Origin: Paramuribaculum sp.
Lineage (GTDB): Bacteria > Bacteroidota > Bacteroidia > Bacteroidales > Muribaculaceae
NCBI GenBank assembly: GCA_029058705.1
Contig: JAIDXA010000250.1
Span: 1 to 36,430, forward strand
Direction: 5' to 3'
DNA: 36,430 nucleotides
Position numbers and translations under genes: made by a program. Position 1 is the stretch's first letter. Each line of letters opens with the position of its first letter. Shown here in pieces: positions 1 through 8,835 of the stretch. The notes below the pieces were generated by a model, which searched no databases, was not told the DNA's origin, and saw only the letters and a program-made list of their open reading frames with translations.

Positions 1-63
1 GCTGACAGATATGGCGCGGGCGCGGAGCGGGTTGATATGAGCGGCGTCGGAGCAACATCGCCG

Positions 64-71
64 CAAAGATA
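64..71 (-). promoter_or_regulatory. Bacteroidetes -7 promoter element (TATCTTTG) pointing off the left edge
   Basis: Reverse complement of caaagata matches the TAnnTTTG consensus; divergent from the operon starting at 294. Confidence 0.45.
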
Positions 72-232
72 AGGCCGCAGGGAGAGGAAACGGATGTCAA
101 TTTCAAAAATTGAAGCGCCTGTAATTGCCTGACTCAGTAATAGATCAAATTATTTAAGTTAAATATAGTTAATTATAGAAAATCTCATGTAAAATAATTT
201 CAAAAAAGCTTGCAAAAAGATAAAACGAGCCC

Positions 233-240
233 TATATTTG
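233..240 (+). promoter_or_regulatory. Bacteroidetes -7 promoter element (TATATTTG) for the S74/C25 operon
   Basis: TATATTTGCA about 55 nt upstream of ATG 294, with TTG at ~210 as a possible -33 element. Confidence 0.65.
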
Positions 241-293
241 CAGCAGACCTTAAAAAACCGGCTATCAATAACCAGTCAACAAATATATATGCC

Positions 294-1187
294 ATGAGAC
301 ATTTGATTTTATTTTTCGCGGCAATCGCTTTTACAGCAAACGCCGACATCCAAATCACTCCGAATCGCGTCACAGTGGGAGCCCCGACAACGTCAGCTGA
401 CTCAATCTTCGAGCTGTCGGTCGATATCCCCGGTGGGTTTGTAATGCATCATCCCTCCAAACGCGATGGAGAATTCAAAATCCATCTGCCATCAGGTAAT
501 GACACCAAAGAGTTTCAGTCGCCGTCAATATCGGGCAATGGAGGAGTGATGAGTCTGTATTACGAGGCTTATAAAAGGAAACAGGCGTTGAACTGCGGGA
601 ACATCTACCAGATGTCGGACGAACGCAGCAAGGAGGAGATTGAAGATCTTCCCTCAAAGCTTGACATTTTGGCAGAATCCATTGAGCCTACCGGGCCGAT
701 GAAATCAAGAAGCGCGTCTGAATTACCCTCCTCAATGAGACAGACAGCATTATATTCCTCTCTCGCGCCATCGTCCGTCATCATAACAGAACAAGATACG
801 GCAATAAATTATGCAGAGATAATTCCCGTACTGGTCAAGTCCGCTCAAGAACTGAGCAATCTGGCTGACCAACAGGATATCGTGATTGAAAATTTAAGAA
901 ATGAGATTGCACTAAGGAAACATAAAGCCGCATCGCCTGTAAAAATCAAATCATGTTCACCAAACCCGGCGCAAGACAATATTTCAGTTGTCATCGGGGT
1001 GGAAGAGAATATCTCAGGACTCAAAATCTCGATGGTCGATCTTGGTGGAAACTCATGTCTGAGCCTTGATGTCGCTGAACGTTATGAGCTGGCCATTACC
1101 GTAGGACATCTGAAGCGTGGAATATATCATCTTGTCCTTGCATCCGGTTCCGAAGTGTTTGATACATGTCGCATCATTTTAAACTAA
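294..1187 (+). CDS. Secreted tail-fibre/intramolecular chaperone (peptidase S74-like) domain protein with T9SS type A C-terminal sorting domain
   Basis: Signal peptide MRHLILFFAAIAFTANA (start moved from 210 to ATG 294, downstream of the promoter). S74 autocleavage-type motif SDERSK, INYAEIIPVLVKSAQEL plus coiled coil. C-terminal SPNPA...GIYHLVL...RIILN CTD pattern. Confidence 0.8.
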   Translation: MRHLILFFAAIAFTANADIQITPNRVTVGAPTTSADSIFELSVDIPGGFVMHHPSKRDGEFKIHLPSGNDTKEFQSPSISGNGGVMSLYYEAYKRKQALNCGNIYQMSDERSKEEIEDLPSKLDILAESIEPTGPMKSRSASELPSSMRQTALYSSLAPSSVIITEQDTAINYAEIIPVLVKSAQELSNLADQQDIVIENLRNEIALRKHKAASPVKIKSCSPNPAQDNISVVIGVEENISGLKISMVDLGGNSCLSLDVAERYELAITVGHLKRGIYHLVLASGSEVFDTCRIILN

Positions 1188-1193
1188 AACGCC

Positions 1194-1871
1194 ATGAAAA
1201 GAATAATATTACTAATATCGGTCATTGCCATGAATCTCAGTGTCATGGCTCAATTATCGTACTACGGAGGCCTGTTTCATCTGTCCAAAGACTCCAATTT
1301 CTTCAGACAAACCCCCGGATTCTATATCGACGGCTACAACGGGGTAATCATGAGATCAACCGGCGCGTGGTTCAAAATTGACCTCAGCAAAGAATATACC
1401 GCGCTCTCCGGAAGCCGCGATTTCATAAATCTTTATGATGCCGACACCGGCAACTATGGAACTCTATTTGTCTATGAGATATTCAACATGAACGAACACG
1501 GTAATGTCCCGTTCTCATTGGATGACGGAAGCGGACTGACAGTCGGGAGCAAGCTCAACGCCCTGCGTCCGGTGAGCTACAGATGGAAACCAACGGCAGA
1601 AAGCGCGAACGCCGACAATCTCAGACTCAAAAGCGGCGAACATTATGGATTCATCGCTCAGGAAATAGCGGAGGCCTATCCAGAACTTGTTGCGAGCGAC
1701 GACTACGGGAATCTGATGGTGAATTACATCGGCATGATACCAATTCTGATTCAGTCGCTTAAAGAAACAGAAGAACGCGTGGATCGCCAGACACTGGAAA
1801 TAGAGGCACTGCTCAGCGAAAAGTCACTACTTGAAAATCAGCCTGTAACAAAAAATCAGATCAAGCCATGA
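1194..1871 (+). CDS. Secreted tail-fibre/S74-like chaperone domain protein (paralogue 2)
   Basis: Signal peptide; LNALRPVSYRWK...HYGFIAQEIAEAYPELV...VNYIGMIPILIQSLKE followed by coiled coil. Confidence 0.85.
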   Translation: MKRIILLISVIAMNLSVMAQLSYYGGLFHLSKDSNFFRQTPGFYIDGYNGVIMRSTGAWFKIDLSKEYTALSGSRDFINLYDADTGNYGTLFVYEIFNMNEHGNVPFSLDDGSGLTVGSKLNALRPVSYRWKPTAESANADNLRLKSGEHYGFIAQEIAEAYPELVASDDYGNLMVNYIGMIPILIQSLKETEERVDRQTLEIEALLSEKSLLENQPVTKNQIKP

Positions 1872-2503
1872 AAAGAACCTCAATCACCGTCACACTCCTT
1901 GCGCTGTCAGCAGCCATAATGACCACACTCCCGGCAGGCGCACAGCTGAAGTATAAAGAACATGAATCCATCTGTATCGGTGAACACTTTCCAGACCCCA
2001 ACTATGGAGTGACAGCCAGAGGATTCCAATTGTTTCAGATCTACGGACCGGGGTCGATGTTCTACGCCAACACAAACCACACGATGTGCTATATCCGCGG
2101 ATCAAGCTGGAATGTGCTGTTCTACAACAGGCAGACGAATAAATACAATGATGTGCGGGCTGCCTATGTGCTCACCTATGCAACCGGAGAGATCTACGAC
2201 ACATGGATCGATCCGGCCTATACGTCATCCGTGCTCAGAACTCTCCGGCCTGTGGAGTTCAACACATCCGGCTCTCAGAAAACATCAATGGCAACAGCAG
2301 AAAAAACAAAATCAGGATACGGATTTGTAGCATCGGAAGTCGAGGAATTATTGCCAAAGGCAGTAATAACCGATGAAGATGGAAACAAACTGATCAATTA
2401 TTCGGCATTCATTCCATTGGCCACCAGATCCATCTCAGACATCTATCATAAAATTCAGGATAACGGCAAAAAACTGAAACAGCTCGAGTCCATGTCAGAA
2501 TAA
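1868..2503 (+). CDS. Secreted tail-fibre/S74-like chaperone domain protein (paralogue 3)
   Basis: Signal peptide ending AGA-Q; LRTLRPVEF...YGFVASEVEELLPKAV...INYSAFIPL; ATGA overlap with the previous gene. Confidence 0.85.
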   Translation: MKRTSITVTLLALSAAIMTTLPAGAQLKYKEHESICIGEHFPDPNYGVTARGFQLFQIYGPGSMFYANTNHTMCYIRGSSWNVLFYNRQTNKYNDVRAAYVLTYATGEIYDTWIDPAYTSSVLRTLRPVEFNTSGSQKTSMATAEKTKSGYGFVASEVEELLPKAVITDEDGNKLINYSAFIPLATRSISDIYHKIQDNGKKLKQLESMSE

Positions 2504-2530
2504 TCCAACACCCTAAAAACGACTGAAAAC

Positions 2531-4798
2531 ATGAAAACATATCTATATATCCTGCTTGCAATGATATTGGCGTCGCCGCCGGTATCGGCTCAGTCATACG
2601 AATTCACATTCAATCAGGATGATTTTGAAGTCAGCATATCAGACAATGTCGCTACGGTCAGCAGCAAGACTTCAGAATTCTTCACCACAACAAACCCGAC
2701 CGGACCGGTTCTTCCGATGACCATGAAAAAGGTGCTTAACCCATCAGGAAGTCACGCAGTCGATGTCGACGTCGCAATCTCGAAAAAGCTGATCGCCTCG
2801 GATGTTGCCATGGAGTCATGCGGCGAGTTCACGCCCACCAACGCAGCAGTGGCCGCAGCCGCGAAAAAAAACGCATTCGCCACGGCATCGGAAATGGATG
2901 CAGTGGGTCTGATGGCTGGAAAAAGCGCGCAAAACGGCTACAGTTTTTCCTATTACAGCCTTAAACCATTTCTCTATGATGCGGACGCGCGTGAACTCTA
3001 CTTTGTGAATAAAATTTCGTTTACTCCGCGTTTCGAGAGTCTCTTGAAGTCAAGGGCATCAGCCGACGTGGCAGAGATTCCTCGCCCCGATATGGTCGAT
3101 TTTTCCGACGTGCTGAATATCTCTGCCAAGGAGACCTACCCATCGCCGGGCTCATCCGTCAGCCGGGGCGCACAGCCGCAGAACGAGACGATCGACTATC
3201 TGATCATCACTGAAAGAACCCTGATTTGGGGATTCCCGGAATTTGTCAAGTGGAAACGCCAGAAAGGATTGAATGTCAAGTTGGTAACAATAGATGAGAT
3301 AGATGCACTCTATCCTGATATTGAATATAAACCATTAAGGATCAAAACATATATAAAGAAGCTCTATCAGGAGAATAAACTGAGTTATGTGCTTCTTGGA
3401 GGAACACCTGATATAGTACCACGCGTTCCCTGTTATTCGCCCATCGAAGGTCGAGATGAATCAGATGGTAAGTTGGACTCAGACACCTACTATTCATGCT
3501 TAAGCGATGGTTATAGCTTTGACTGGAATGGCAACGGCTACGAACCCTATGGAGAATACGACGACAATATTGATCTGGACCCGGATATATGTCTTGGGAG
3601 ATTGCTCGCAACTGGTCCCGGCGAAGTAGGAATAGCCTGCAAGAAGATTATAGAATATGAAAAAGGACGTTTTCCGGACGAAAACATAAATAAAATTCTT
3701 TTGGGCGGATCCTCCCTTAAACGAGATCAAGATCCCTATCCTGCAGTAGAAGGTAAGAGTTTTAGACATATAAATGGCGAATTACTTGATAATCTACATA
3801 TGAAACCTTATGGGAAACAGGCATCATATATTTTTGATACTACAGTATCGCCCAAATTCACTTCCAAAGAATTAGCTTCGGAGATAAACAAAAATTATCA
3901 TTTCATAAATATAGACTGTCATGGAGCAACCGATGCTTGGATTTGTTGTGAAAATGAGAATAATAATGACAATTTCGATAATGATAATATAAAATCACTC
4001 ACAAATATACCGGCCGTATTTACAACTACCGCCTGTTATACCAATGATTTTAGAAGTGAATCAAAGGGAGTTTCTCCGCAAGGTGCGAGACTTTCTCATA
4101 TATTGACAACGTCTGATAGTATCGGAAGTGTCGCCTACATAAGCAGTTCCGGACTTGGATGGAGAATTGGATATGGAATCGCAGCTTCCTCTCTTTACAA
4201 TGCGACATTCTATATGAATCTTTTTGGGACAAACAGTCGTCCACATGGGAATATCATTTCGCGTATACATAATCAAGTAATAACTAATTTAGTAAAAATT
4301 AATCAGGATATTTACAGATATCTCTTTTTGGGTATAAACGTTTCCGGAGATCCGGCGATGACACTGTTTACCGAAATACCCAAAACAATCGTTCCGCCCT
4401 CTATGACATGGACGGAAGAGGGATTACGTATCCGTAATATCCCGTCAGGGCTGATGGTTTCCATCAACGCAGTCGATGAAGAGACCACATGTTTAGGCAA
4501 ATGTATATCAACCGGCGACGACGTGTTTCCTGGCATCAATCGCCCGTGCGTATTGACAATCTCCGGTGTCAACTACAGACCCTACCAGTATCATATAAGA
4601 AATTATCCGGTCCTGACACTTGAAGACATGACGGTTACGGAAGATTCGGAGTATACCGCCGACAGGATTTATCTTGGCGACAATGTGAATTTAAGGAGCA
4701 TGGTCACACTCAAGCTGAACTACCGGGAGTTCCTAAAGGTCAGGGACAACATCAACTGCGATGCAGACAGCAAACTGATTATAAACCATAAAAAATGA
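2531..4798 (+). CDS. C25 family (gingipain-like) cysteine peptidase
   Basis: Signal peptide and propeptide-like N-terminus, then DYLIIT, WKRQKG, YVLLGG, SDTYY, LGRL, catalytic-type HG (DCHG) and TAC, and GDP motifs. Confidence 0.88.
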   Translation: MKTYLYILLAMILASPPVSAQSYEFTFNQDDFEVSISDNVATVSSKTSEFFTTTNPTGPVLPMTMKKVLNPSGSHAVDVDVAISKKLIASDVAMESCGEFTPTNAAVAAAAKKNAFATASEMDAVGLMAGKSAQNGYSFSYYSLKPFLYDADARELYFVNKISFTPRFESLLKSRASADVAEIPRPDMVDFSDVLNISAKETYPSPGSSVSRGAQPQNETIDYLIITERTLIWGFPEFVKWKRQKGLNVKLVTIDEIDALYPDIEYKPLRIKTYIKKLYQENKLSYVLLGGTPDIVPRVPCYSPIEGRDESDGKLDSDTYYSCLSDGYSFDWNGNGYEPYGEYDDNIDLDPDICLGRLLATGPGEVGIACKKIIEYEKGRFPDENINKILLGGSSLKRDQDPYPAVEGKSFRHINGELLDNLHMKPYGKQASYIFDTTVSPKFTSKELASEINKNYHFINIDCHGATDAWICCENENNNDNFDNDNIKSLTNIPAVFTTTACYTNDFRSESKGVSPQGARLSHILTTSDSIGSVAYISSSGLGWRIGYGIAASSLYNATFYMNLFGTNSRPHGNIISRIHNQVITNLVKINQDIYRYLFLGINVSGDPAMTLFTEIPKTIVPPSMTWTEEGLRIRNIPSGLMVSINAVDEETTCLGKCISTGDDVFPGINRPCVLTISGVNYRPYQYHIRNYPVLTLEDMTVTEDSEYTADRIYLGDNVNLRSMVTLKLNYREFLKVRDNINCDADSKLIINHKK

Positions 4799-5691
4799 GG
4801 GCTATGAAAAAGTATCTGAATATTGTGTTGGCTGTTATAGGGGTGTCGGTTTTGACTGGTTGCAAGGATGACCCTGATCCAATTATATTAGATTTTGAAC
4901 GGCTTGCAAGCCCAGAAACGGTGTTCCACGCCGGTGCAGAGTTTTGCCAGCGTGGGACTAATTATGGGGTTTTGTTCAATCTTTCGGAGAAGGAGTTTCT
5001 CGGCAGGTCATATCTTCAGATCAATATATTCGACAAACCGACCGAAATGCTTTTCAGGATTGACGGGAGCGTCATCTGGGGTTACGACCATCAATCAGAG
5101 AGCGAGTTCAAGATGTATGATTTTTCGAAGTGGCCATTGGAGGCGGGAGATTCACTGACCTACCGGATTTACGAAATCAATGACAACTACGAAATAACCG
5201 GAATTGCGGATTACAGCAACGTGCTTAAGAGCAATAGCAGTACGAAAGAATTAGATTTTATATTCAGTGAGGAACAGGAATCAAAAAGTGCAGCGGTTTA
5301 TAATCAAGATGACAAGATATATAAATCATATAATAATTATAATGATGTCTGGAATTATTATTATGCCGGAGAACATTATATATCCAATCATAAGGATAAT
5401 ATTTATAAAGATTCAAGAATTGCCCATCTTTATAGACCCAACTACTGGAATAACCATAAGGGACTATACTCATATATGATATGGTGTGGTTACCGTGTTT
5501 ACGAAGAACGATGGGATATATATCAGTATCGCACATTCAGATATATCCTGAACTTTGGAATGCATACCGGAAAGGGCCTTTTCTTTGAAGACAAGACTTT
5601 GACTGGAAATGAACCTGTTTTTGTTGAGATATATAAACAAGTTATTGATTCGGTAACCGATAAAATTAATGATGAGATCGGCTGTAGTTAG
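4795..5691 (+). CDS. Hypothetical lipoprotein
   Basis: Lipobox VLTGC followed by KDD; ATGA overlap with the C25 gene (alternative start 4804); Tyr/Asn-rich C-terminal half. Confidence 0.7.
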   Translation: MRAMKKYLNIVLAVIGVSVLTGCKDDPDPIILDFERLASPETVFHAGAEFCQRGTNYGVLFNLSEKEFLGRSYLQINIFDKPTEMLFRIDGSVIWGYDHQSESEFKMYDFSKWPLEAGDSLTYRIYEINDNYEITGIADYSNVLKSNSSTKELDFIFSEEQESKSAAVYNQDDKIYKSYNNYNDVWNYYYAGEHYISNHKDNIYKDSRIAHLYRPNYWNNHKGLYSYMIWCGYRVYEERWDIYQYRTFRYILNFGMHTGKGLFFEDKTLTGNEPVFVEIYKQVIDSVTDKINDEIGCS

Positions 5692-5792
5692 AAGCTGTTT
5701 AAGAGAATGTTTACTTTTACCACGAATTAAGAAACTCATCACTCCCGGGACTGTAGATAATGACAAATTCATGAAGTAATAATATTGGATGC

Positions 5793-5835
5793 CGGCAAGG
5801 CGGACTCCCATCAGAATGGGGCGTCCGCCTTGCTG
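5793..5835. terminator. Hairpin between convergent genes (probable bidirectional terminator)
   Basis: cggcaaggcggac...gtccgccttgctg inverted repeat with an inner cccat/atggg stem. Confidence 0.6.
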
Positions 5836-5912
5836 TTATAAGAGAGAGGTTGAATTAAAAGAGTGTTTGAATTAAGAGTATGGCTACTCTGAGATCCATA
5901 TATGAGGCGGGA

Positions 5913-6497
5913 TCAGTCGTCGTAGATGTCGAGAGCCATGTAGTGCTGATAGGGGTGGTCGCATGCGGGGCATGTCTGAGGGGGAGTTGTTCCCTCATGG
6001 ATGTAGCCGCAGACAAGGCATTGCCATTTTACAGGATGCTCGCGTTTCCAGACGGTTCCTTCTTCAACCTGCCGGATGTAGCGTTCGAAACGACGGCGAT
6101 GGGTCATTTCGACTTTTGCGATCGCGGAAAAACGGGATGCGATTTCGGGGAAGCCTTCCGATTCGGCAACTATTGCAGCCTTTGAATAGAATTCGACCCC
6201 TTCGTGGAGTTCTTCTTCGGAGGCAGTGCGCAGGTTCTGGAGCGTTGTTCCAATCACACCAGAATCGTAGCATCCGGTAGCGGTCACCTTCCCACCTTCG
6301 AGGAATTTAAAGAAGACTTTGGCATGGTGGAGTTCATTGTCGGCAGTTTCCTGGAATATCTGCTGGATGGGGAAATACTGCTCTTTTCCGGCCTGTTTGG
6401 CATAGAATATGTAGCGTGTGTAGGCTGTCGATTCGGCGATGTAGGCTTTTACGAGGAGATTTTCGGTCTGAGTGCCTTTGATGCTTTTGACTGACAT
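5913..6497 (-). CDS. rbr: Rubrerythrin
   Basis: TENLLVKAYIAES, di-iron ExxH-type motifs, C-terminal WQCLVCGYIH...CPACDHP rubredoxin domain. Confidence 0.93.
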   Translation of the reverse strand: MSVKSIKGTQTENLLVKAYIAESTAYTRYIFYAKQAGKEQYFPIQQIFQETADNELHHAKVFFKFLEGGKVTATGCYDSGVIGTTLQNLRTASEEELHEGVEFYSKAAIVAESEGFPEIASRFSAIAKVEMTHRRRFERYIRQVEEGTVWKREHPVKWQCLVCGYIHEGTTPPQTCPACDHPYQHYMALDIYDD

Positions 6498-6576
6498 AGC
6501 GATAAAGATGTTATTTGGTTAGTGTTAAAATAGACAACAGCATGACCGGAGAAAAGGTTCATTACGCGATTACACC

Positions 6577-6613
6577 AAAAGCGGGAGAAGCCCGACAACT
6601 GGGCTCCTCCCGC
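6577..6613 (-). terminator. Intrinsic terminator after alpha-galactosidase
   Basis: Minus strand gcgggaggagccc-loop-gggcttctcccgc followed by TTTT. Confidence 0.7.
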
Positions 6614-6636
6614 GGCAAAATCAGAAGTCGAGAGCG

Positions 6637-8835
6637 TTATTCGGCGGTGAGGAGCAGGACGCGCGAGGCCCATTCGTCGGCAGATGGGGCGTTGTGGGAG
6701 AGGGGCATCTCGAGCCCTTTGTCCATCAGATAGCGCCCGGAGAAGCTCTTTCCCTCAAACGCAAGCGGCTTGAGGTCGATGCGGTTCATTTCGGTAACCT
6801 TATAGTTTCGGTCGGGATCGAGACCGGCCATTTTTACGCGAGGATATTGTTTGTGGCAGAAAGCCTCGGTTTTCCACCAGAAGAAAACGGCCCGGTCTTT
6901 TTCGGGGGTCGCATACATGAGTGAAGCCGCACCGAGACGATCGAACGGAGAGAGAAGGCGATAGAGATCACCGTGTTGCACGATGGGGCGCAGGTGGGTT
7001 TTATATTCTTCGATTGCCCGACGGCACTGGTCGCGTTCTTCGGGCGACATGTTCCGTGGCTGGATCTCCATGCCGAGCCGGCCGCTCATTGCGACGTCGG
7101 TGCGGAACTTCAGGTTCATGGATCGTCCGGTCTGGTGGTTGGGGGCGGCGGAGATGTGCGATGCCATAGCGATTGCGGGATAGAAGCAGGATGTTCCCCA
7201 CTGGATGTATATCCGCTGGAGGGCGTCGGTGTTGTCGGAAGTCCAGAACTCGTCGAACCAGGGGAGCAACCCGTAGTTTACGCGTGCTCCGCCGCTTGCA
7301 CATGCCTGAATGACGATGTCGGGATATTTCGCGCGGATGCGGCGCAGCGTTTTTTCAAGCCCACGGTGATAGTCAATGAACAGATGGCTCTGATTGTCGG
7401 CCGAGAGGTATTGGGAACCGTGGTTGCGGATGGGCATATTGGCGTCCCACTTGATGTAGGCAATGTCGGGATAGCGTGTGAGGAGAGTGTCGACGACGGT
7501 GAATACGATGTCCTGTACCTTGGGGTTTGACAGGTCGAGGACCATCTGGGTCTTTCCACGTCCGTAGGTCAGGTCGCGGTTTGGGGCTTTGATTACATAT
7601 TCGGGATGGTTTTCGTAGAGTTCACTTCCGATGTTCACCATTTCGGGTTCGATCCAGATTCCGAACTTGATTCCGTGACGACGGGCAGCGTCGAGGAGGC
7701 CTGGAATTCCGGCGGGGAGTTTGCGGGTGTCGACCGTCCAGTCGCCAAGGCCCTGTTTATCGCCGTTGCGCGGATATTTCACACCGAACCATCCGTCGTC
7801 CATGACAAAGAGTTCGCCACCCATAGAGGCAATGTCGGCCATCATCTGGTCCATTTCATTTTCCTTAATGTCGAAATAGACACCTTCCCAGCTGTTGAGA
7901 AGGACGTCGCGGAGCTTGTCGGCGTGGAGCATTTTCTTATCGCGCCCCCACCGGTGGAAGCTACGGCTGAGTTGTCCGAGGCCTTTGTCGGTATAGGACA
8001 GGGCAAGAACCGGCGTGGTGAATGTTTCTTTTGGCCTGAGGCTGTAGGATGACTGGGTTTCGTCGATTCCGGCGATAAAGTGATGATAGTTCTTGTCGGG
8101 GGAGGCGTCGACGATGAGCCTGTAGTTGCCGCTATAGCAGAGTGCGGCGCCTATGAGGCGTCCGTTGTCCTCGGCGGGTTTTCCGTCGAGAGAAAAGACG
8201 ATTTCGCTTCGTGCGGATGCGGAGTTGCGGACTCCGTCGCGATCCTTTATGACTTTCATTCCATGAGCGAGTGGTTCGCACTGGATCTGCGCTTCATTAG
8301 CCCAGGATCCATAGAAAGAAGTGATCCAAACGTCGCCATAGCGGATTGGGAGATAGCCTGAGGCGAAGCGGTTGAGCCGGACAGTTTTTTTCTCGGAATG
8401 GGATATTTCCGTCCAGGTCTCCACGATTTCAAGCCCGGGGTAGGTGCGGTAGCATACATTGACGAAGAATGGATAGGCTTTGTCGCGAAGACGGATCACC
8501 GTGACAGAGGCATCATTTTCCTCACGCGATTCAATGCCGTCGACAACAAGGTCGAGCGTCATGTTACCGTCGGCGTGTTCGACCGCAATTGCTGGTTCGA
8601 CCGAGGGATCGACGCCATAGTCGGGATATGCGTTGAGGAGAGCGGCCCCGGCAGCTTTCAGGTTGGCGGCATCGGAGTCGGTTATACGGGTCCCGTAGTA
8701 GAGATGTTTCAGTTTTTTGCCTTTGTCGGCCTGCATTACAAGCGAAGATCCGGGAGTGTTTATCTGAACCACTTCTGCCAGAACGCCTGTTGACAAGGAA
8801 AGGAATGCGAGTGCAAGGGTTACGATACGTTTCAT
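6637..8835 (-). CDS. Alpha-galactosidase, GH36
   Basis: LNSWEGVYF, FVMDDGWFG, FGIWIEPEMV, YIKWDAN, CASGGAR and WTSDNTD motifs; signal peptide. Confidence 0.95.
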   Translation of the reverse strand: MKRIVTLALAFLSLSTGVLAEVVQINTPGSSLVMQADKGKKLKHLYYGTRITDSDAANLKAAGAALLNAYPDYGVDPSVEPAIAVEHADGNMTLDLVVDGIESREENDASVTVIRLRDKAYPFFVNVCYRTYPGLEIVETWTEISHSEKKTVRLNRFASGYLPIRYGDVWITSFYGSWANEAQIQCEPLAHGMKVIKDRDGVRNSASARSEIVFSLDGKPAEDNGRLIGAALCYSGNYRLIVDASPDKNYHHFIAGIDETQSSYSLRPKETFTTPVLALSYTDKGLGQLSRSFHRWGRDKKMLHADKLRDVLLNSWEGVYFDIKENEMDQMMADIASMGGELFVMDDGWFGVKYPRNGDKQGLGDWTVDTRKLPAGIPGLLDAARRHGIKFGIWIEPEMVNIGSELYENHPEYVIKAPNRDLTYGRGKTQMVLDLSNPKVQDIVFTVVDTLLTRYPDIAYIKWDANMPIRNHGSQYLSADNQSHLFIDYHRGLEKTLRRIRAKYPDIVIQACASGGARVNYGLLPWFDEFWTSDNTDALQRIYIQWGTSCFYPAIAMASHISAAPNHQTGRSMNLKFRTDVAMSGRLGMEIQPRNMSPEERDQCRRAIEEYKTHLRPIVQHGDLYRLLSPFDRLGAASLMYATPEKDRAVFFWWKTEAFCHKQYPRVKMAGLDPDRNYKVTEMNRIDLKPLAFEGKSFSGRYLMDKGLEMPLSHNAPSADEWASRVLLLTAE

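Noticed and set aside
210-293. 28-codon N-terminal extension of ORF1 from TTG 210
   Set aside because: It overlaps the predicted promoter, and the signal peptide begins at ATG 294
294-2503. Prophage interpretation of the tail-fibre-domain genes
   Set aside because: All have Sec signal peptides, one has a T9SS CTD, and there is no integrase, capsid, terminase or other phage gene in the window
2531-5691. Diversity-generating retroelement behind the Asn/Tyr-rich variable segments
   Set aside because: No reverse transcriptase and no template/variable repeat pair seen
5470-5811. 113-aa minus-strand ORF
   Set aside because: Antisense to the lipoprotein gene and runs through the intergenic repeat and hairpin region; no recognisable motifs
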